A program made the position numbers and the translations under genes. A model generated the notes under the pieces. The model searched no databases, was not told the origin of the DNA, and worked only from the letters and a program-made list of their open reading frames with translations. Below, piece after piece: positions 61,632-64,000 of a stretch of 64,000 nucleotides of DNA. The stretch comes from Octopus bimaculoides. Its lineage: Eukaryota. Each line of letters begins with the position of its first letter. The first letter of the stretch is position 1. The DNA lies in the NCBI RefSeq assembly GCF_001194135.2, contig NC_068994.1:4070811-4134810 (forward strand), in the 5' to 3' direction.

Positions 61632-62849
61632 GGTGGCCATCTGTGGAAAGGATATATACTTCACAAGGCGGCACACAGATATGACAAATAAAAGATTTAA
61701 CACATCTATCTTATTGTTTGTCTTTTTATTTCTCTTCCTCTTTATTTCCTTCCAAAACATTTCCACTTTCGATGTCTCTACTTATTCTCACCATTCCTGG
61801 ACATATTTTTAATGAAACACATTGTCTCTATCTTGAAGTCCTTTCACTCTGTCTGAGAGTTTATCCCACTCCATATAAAATCTGCAGCCATGGATATTGA
61901 TGTGACTGACAGAATATTCTGTCAAACTGAAATTTAGTGAAATAATTAACTTTAGTCATTAAGTTGGTGCTTGGAACAACAACAACAACAATAATAACAA
62001 TTTAGTATTTTTTGAAAAGAGGTGATTAATTAATATGATTGACCCCAGTGTGTAACTGGTACTTTATTGACTCTACAAGAATGAAAGACAAAGTTGATCT
62101 CAATCAGATTTGAAATGCGAACATAAAGAGCTGCAAGACTGTACTTTGGTCTCTTCAGGAATATCTTTGATTAAAGGGTTACTCAGTCGGGGCTGTCCTG
62201 GGGCTAAACAACAGCTATAGACCCTACACAAAGATTTCTTACATCGTTACAAAGTCACAAATTTATAAACAATGGAATTCAATTGTCACTGAGACTGTCT
62301 TTGTGTCTCTGTCTGTTTCTCTCCCCCAGATGAAGGGCAAGGAGTCCAAAATGCTTGGTTCTTTTCATTCCTTACACTAATTAAGCCAACACAGCTCTTC
62401 TGTAGAGCAATTTTTGCAGTAAGCCAATTTTAACCCAAGATTACAGACTTTCGCTATCAAATTAATTTAATTGTTCCTAGTATATCTCTGCTATTTCAAT
62501 AACAGGATATCGAGTTGACCCCTGTCTAGTATGTTAATTAAACACCAATGTAAACTCAAGTTGATCTTCCGTCCACGCCCTACACATAGCAAAAATCCAA
62601 TGCCCTAAGCATCCCCCCCTCCACTATGGTTCTCTCGTGGTTGGGCTGAAACTGTTCTGACAAAAGCAAAGGCCTACAGCATCTAGTGAAACCCAGCTCT
62701 CACCAAAACTGAACAGTGTTTATTCAGCGACACATTTGCAAGATCATTATCTAGTCTCTGGCTTTAAACATTCTAAAGCTCTCAAGTTATCCTATCTTCA
62801 AAGCTTCTCACAGGTTGTAGGAAATGTCATCAAAAACATTTTTGCCGTA

Positions 62850-63040
62850 AGAAAATTCACCATAAGAAATTTCATTTTAAATGACCTCCTCATGTTTTTT
62901 TAATGTTTGACGCTCAATAAAGACTTGTCTATTTAATGCTTTTGATAAAACCTTTCATTATTCTTTTTTTTTTATCATATTTTTAAAGGACACGTTTTAC
63001 CATTGTTCCTATGGAGAATATGTCTTACGGTGAATTTTCT
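62850..63040. repeat. Inverted repeat pair, possible MITE remnant
   Basis: agaaaattcaccataagaaat (62850-70) versus the reverse complement of 63020-40 (agaaaattcaccgtaagacat), 19 of 21 match. Confidence 0.5.
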
Positions 63041-63159
63041 GGACGCGTTTCACACATTATTCAGCTCCCAGGTAATTCTGCCTCCCAAACTTTCAACTGA
63101 CCGTTTTGGTCTCATGCTAATAGGGTTTCCACCAAGTTTACAGAATTCTCTTTCTTTCT

Positions 63160-63485
63160 ACAGCAGCAGCAGCACTAGTAGTAGCAGTAGAAGTAATAGT
63201 AGTAGTAGTAGTAGCAGCAGCAGTAGAAATAGTAGTAGTAGTAGTAGAAATTGTGGTAGTAGTCGTAGCAGCAGTAGTAGAAATAGTAGTAGTAGTAGAA
63301 ATTGTGGTAGTAGTCATAGCAGCAGTAGTAGAAATAGTAGTAGTAGTAGTAGAAATAGTAGTCGTAGTGTTAGTAGTAGTAGTAGTAGTCATAGCAGCAG
63401 TAGTACTAGTAGCAGTAGAAATAGTAGTAGTAGTCGTAGCAGTAGGAGTAGTAGTATTAGTAGCAGTCGTAGTAGTAGTAGTAGC
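63160..63485. repeat. Imperfect (AGT/AGC)n microsatellite
   Basis: Direct reading of the sequence. Confidence 0.9.
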
Positions 63486-63705
63486 AATGATGGTTTCTAA
63501 AGTTTGACCCGAGGCCAGCAAGTTTGAGGGGAGCGGATTAAGTCGATATTACATTGAATCCCAGAATACAATTGGTATTTACAGGACAAAAGGCCAAGTC
63601 AACCCTGGCAGCATTTTAAACTCGGAATGAGAAGACGGACAAAATGTCATTCAATTCTTTTTTTCTGTCGCAGAGAAAGTAAGAATAATCAAAGAAATGA
63701 AGATG

Positions 63706-64000
63706 AAACAACGAGGAGATCGTTTTATCTGCTAGAAGTAGCAGCCAAATCTCCAACGTAAGAATGGATAAAGAAATGATGATAAACCAACAAGGAGATC
63801 GTTTTCTCTGCTAGAAGTAGCAGCCAAATCTCCAACGTAAGAATAGCTAAAGAAATGGTGATAAACCAGCAAGGAGATCGTTTTCTCCTCTAGAAGTAGC
63901 AGCCAAATCTCCAACGTAAGAATAGCTAGAGAAATGATGATAAACCAACAAGGAGATCGTTTTCTCTGCTAGAAGTAGCAGCCAAATCTCCAACGTAAGA
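63706..64000. repeat. 79-bp tandem repeat, at least 3.7 highly similar units, truncated by the window end
   Basis: ggagatcgtttt at 63715, 63794, 63873 and 63952. Confidence 0.95.

Noticed and set aside
63003-63521. Ser-, Thr- or Val-rich ORFs of 84-165 aa
   Set aside because: Translations of an (AGT)n microsatellite.

Overview
Eukaryotic, AT-rich, microsatellite- and SINE-saturated DNA with many N gaps. Repeat content and gene type point to an octopus (coleoid cephalopod) scaffold; this is inference, no search was run. The core is a tandem, same-strand cluster of three C2H2 zinc-finger genes, each with an uninterrupted ORF: 24888-27374 (828 aa, 21 fingers in a repeated A-B-C code with a shortened linker), 41283-42974 (563 aa, two duplicated 3-finger modules around a Gln/His tract) and 60429-61631 (400 aa, 6 fingers between poly-Thr/Ala tracts). 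Candidate non-coding 5' exons and CpG-rich promoters lie 5-11 kb upstream. The spacer DNA holds several tRNA-derived SINE families, RTE and HERO/R2-like LINE remnants, Penelope-like fragments, a decayed maT/mariner transposase, and mariner-, hAT- and piggyBac-type MITEs. Highlights are a dense cluster of eight RFX X-box motifs upstream of gene 1, three hammerhead-ribozyme-like motifs in retroelement remnants (one with non-circular strand order), a His-less finger conserved under purifying selection in gene 2, and several long hairpins that could be ADAR substrates. Repeat family labels A-E are my own, and repeat boundaries are approximate.
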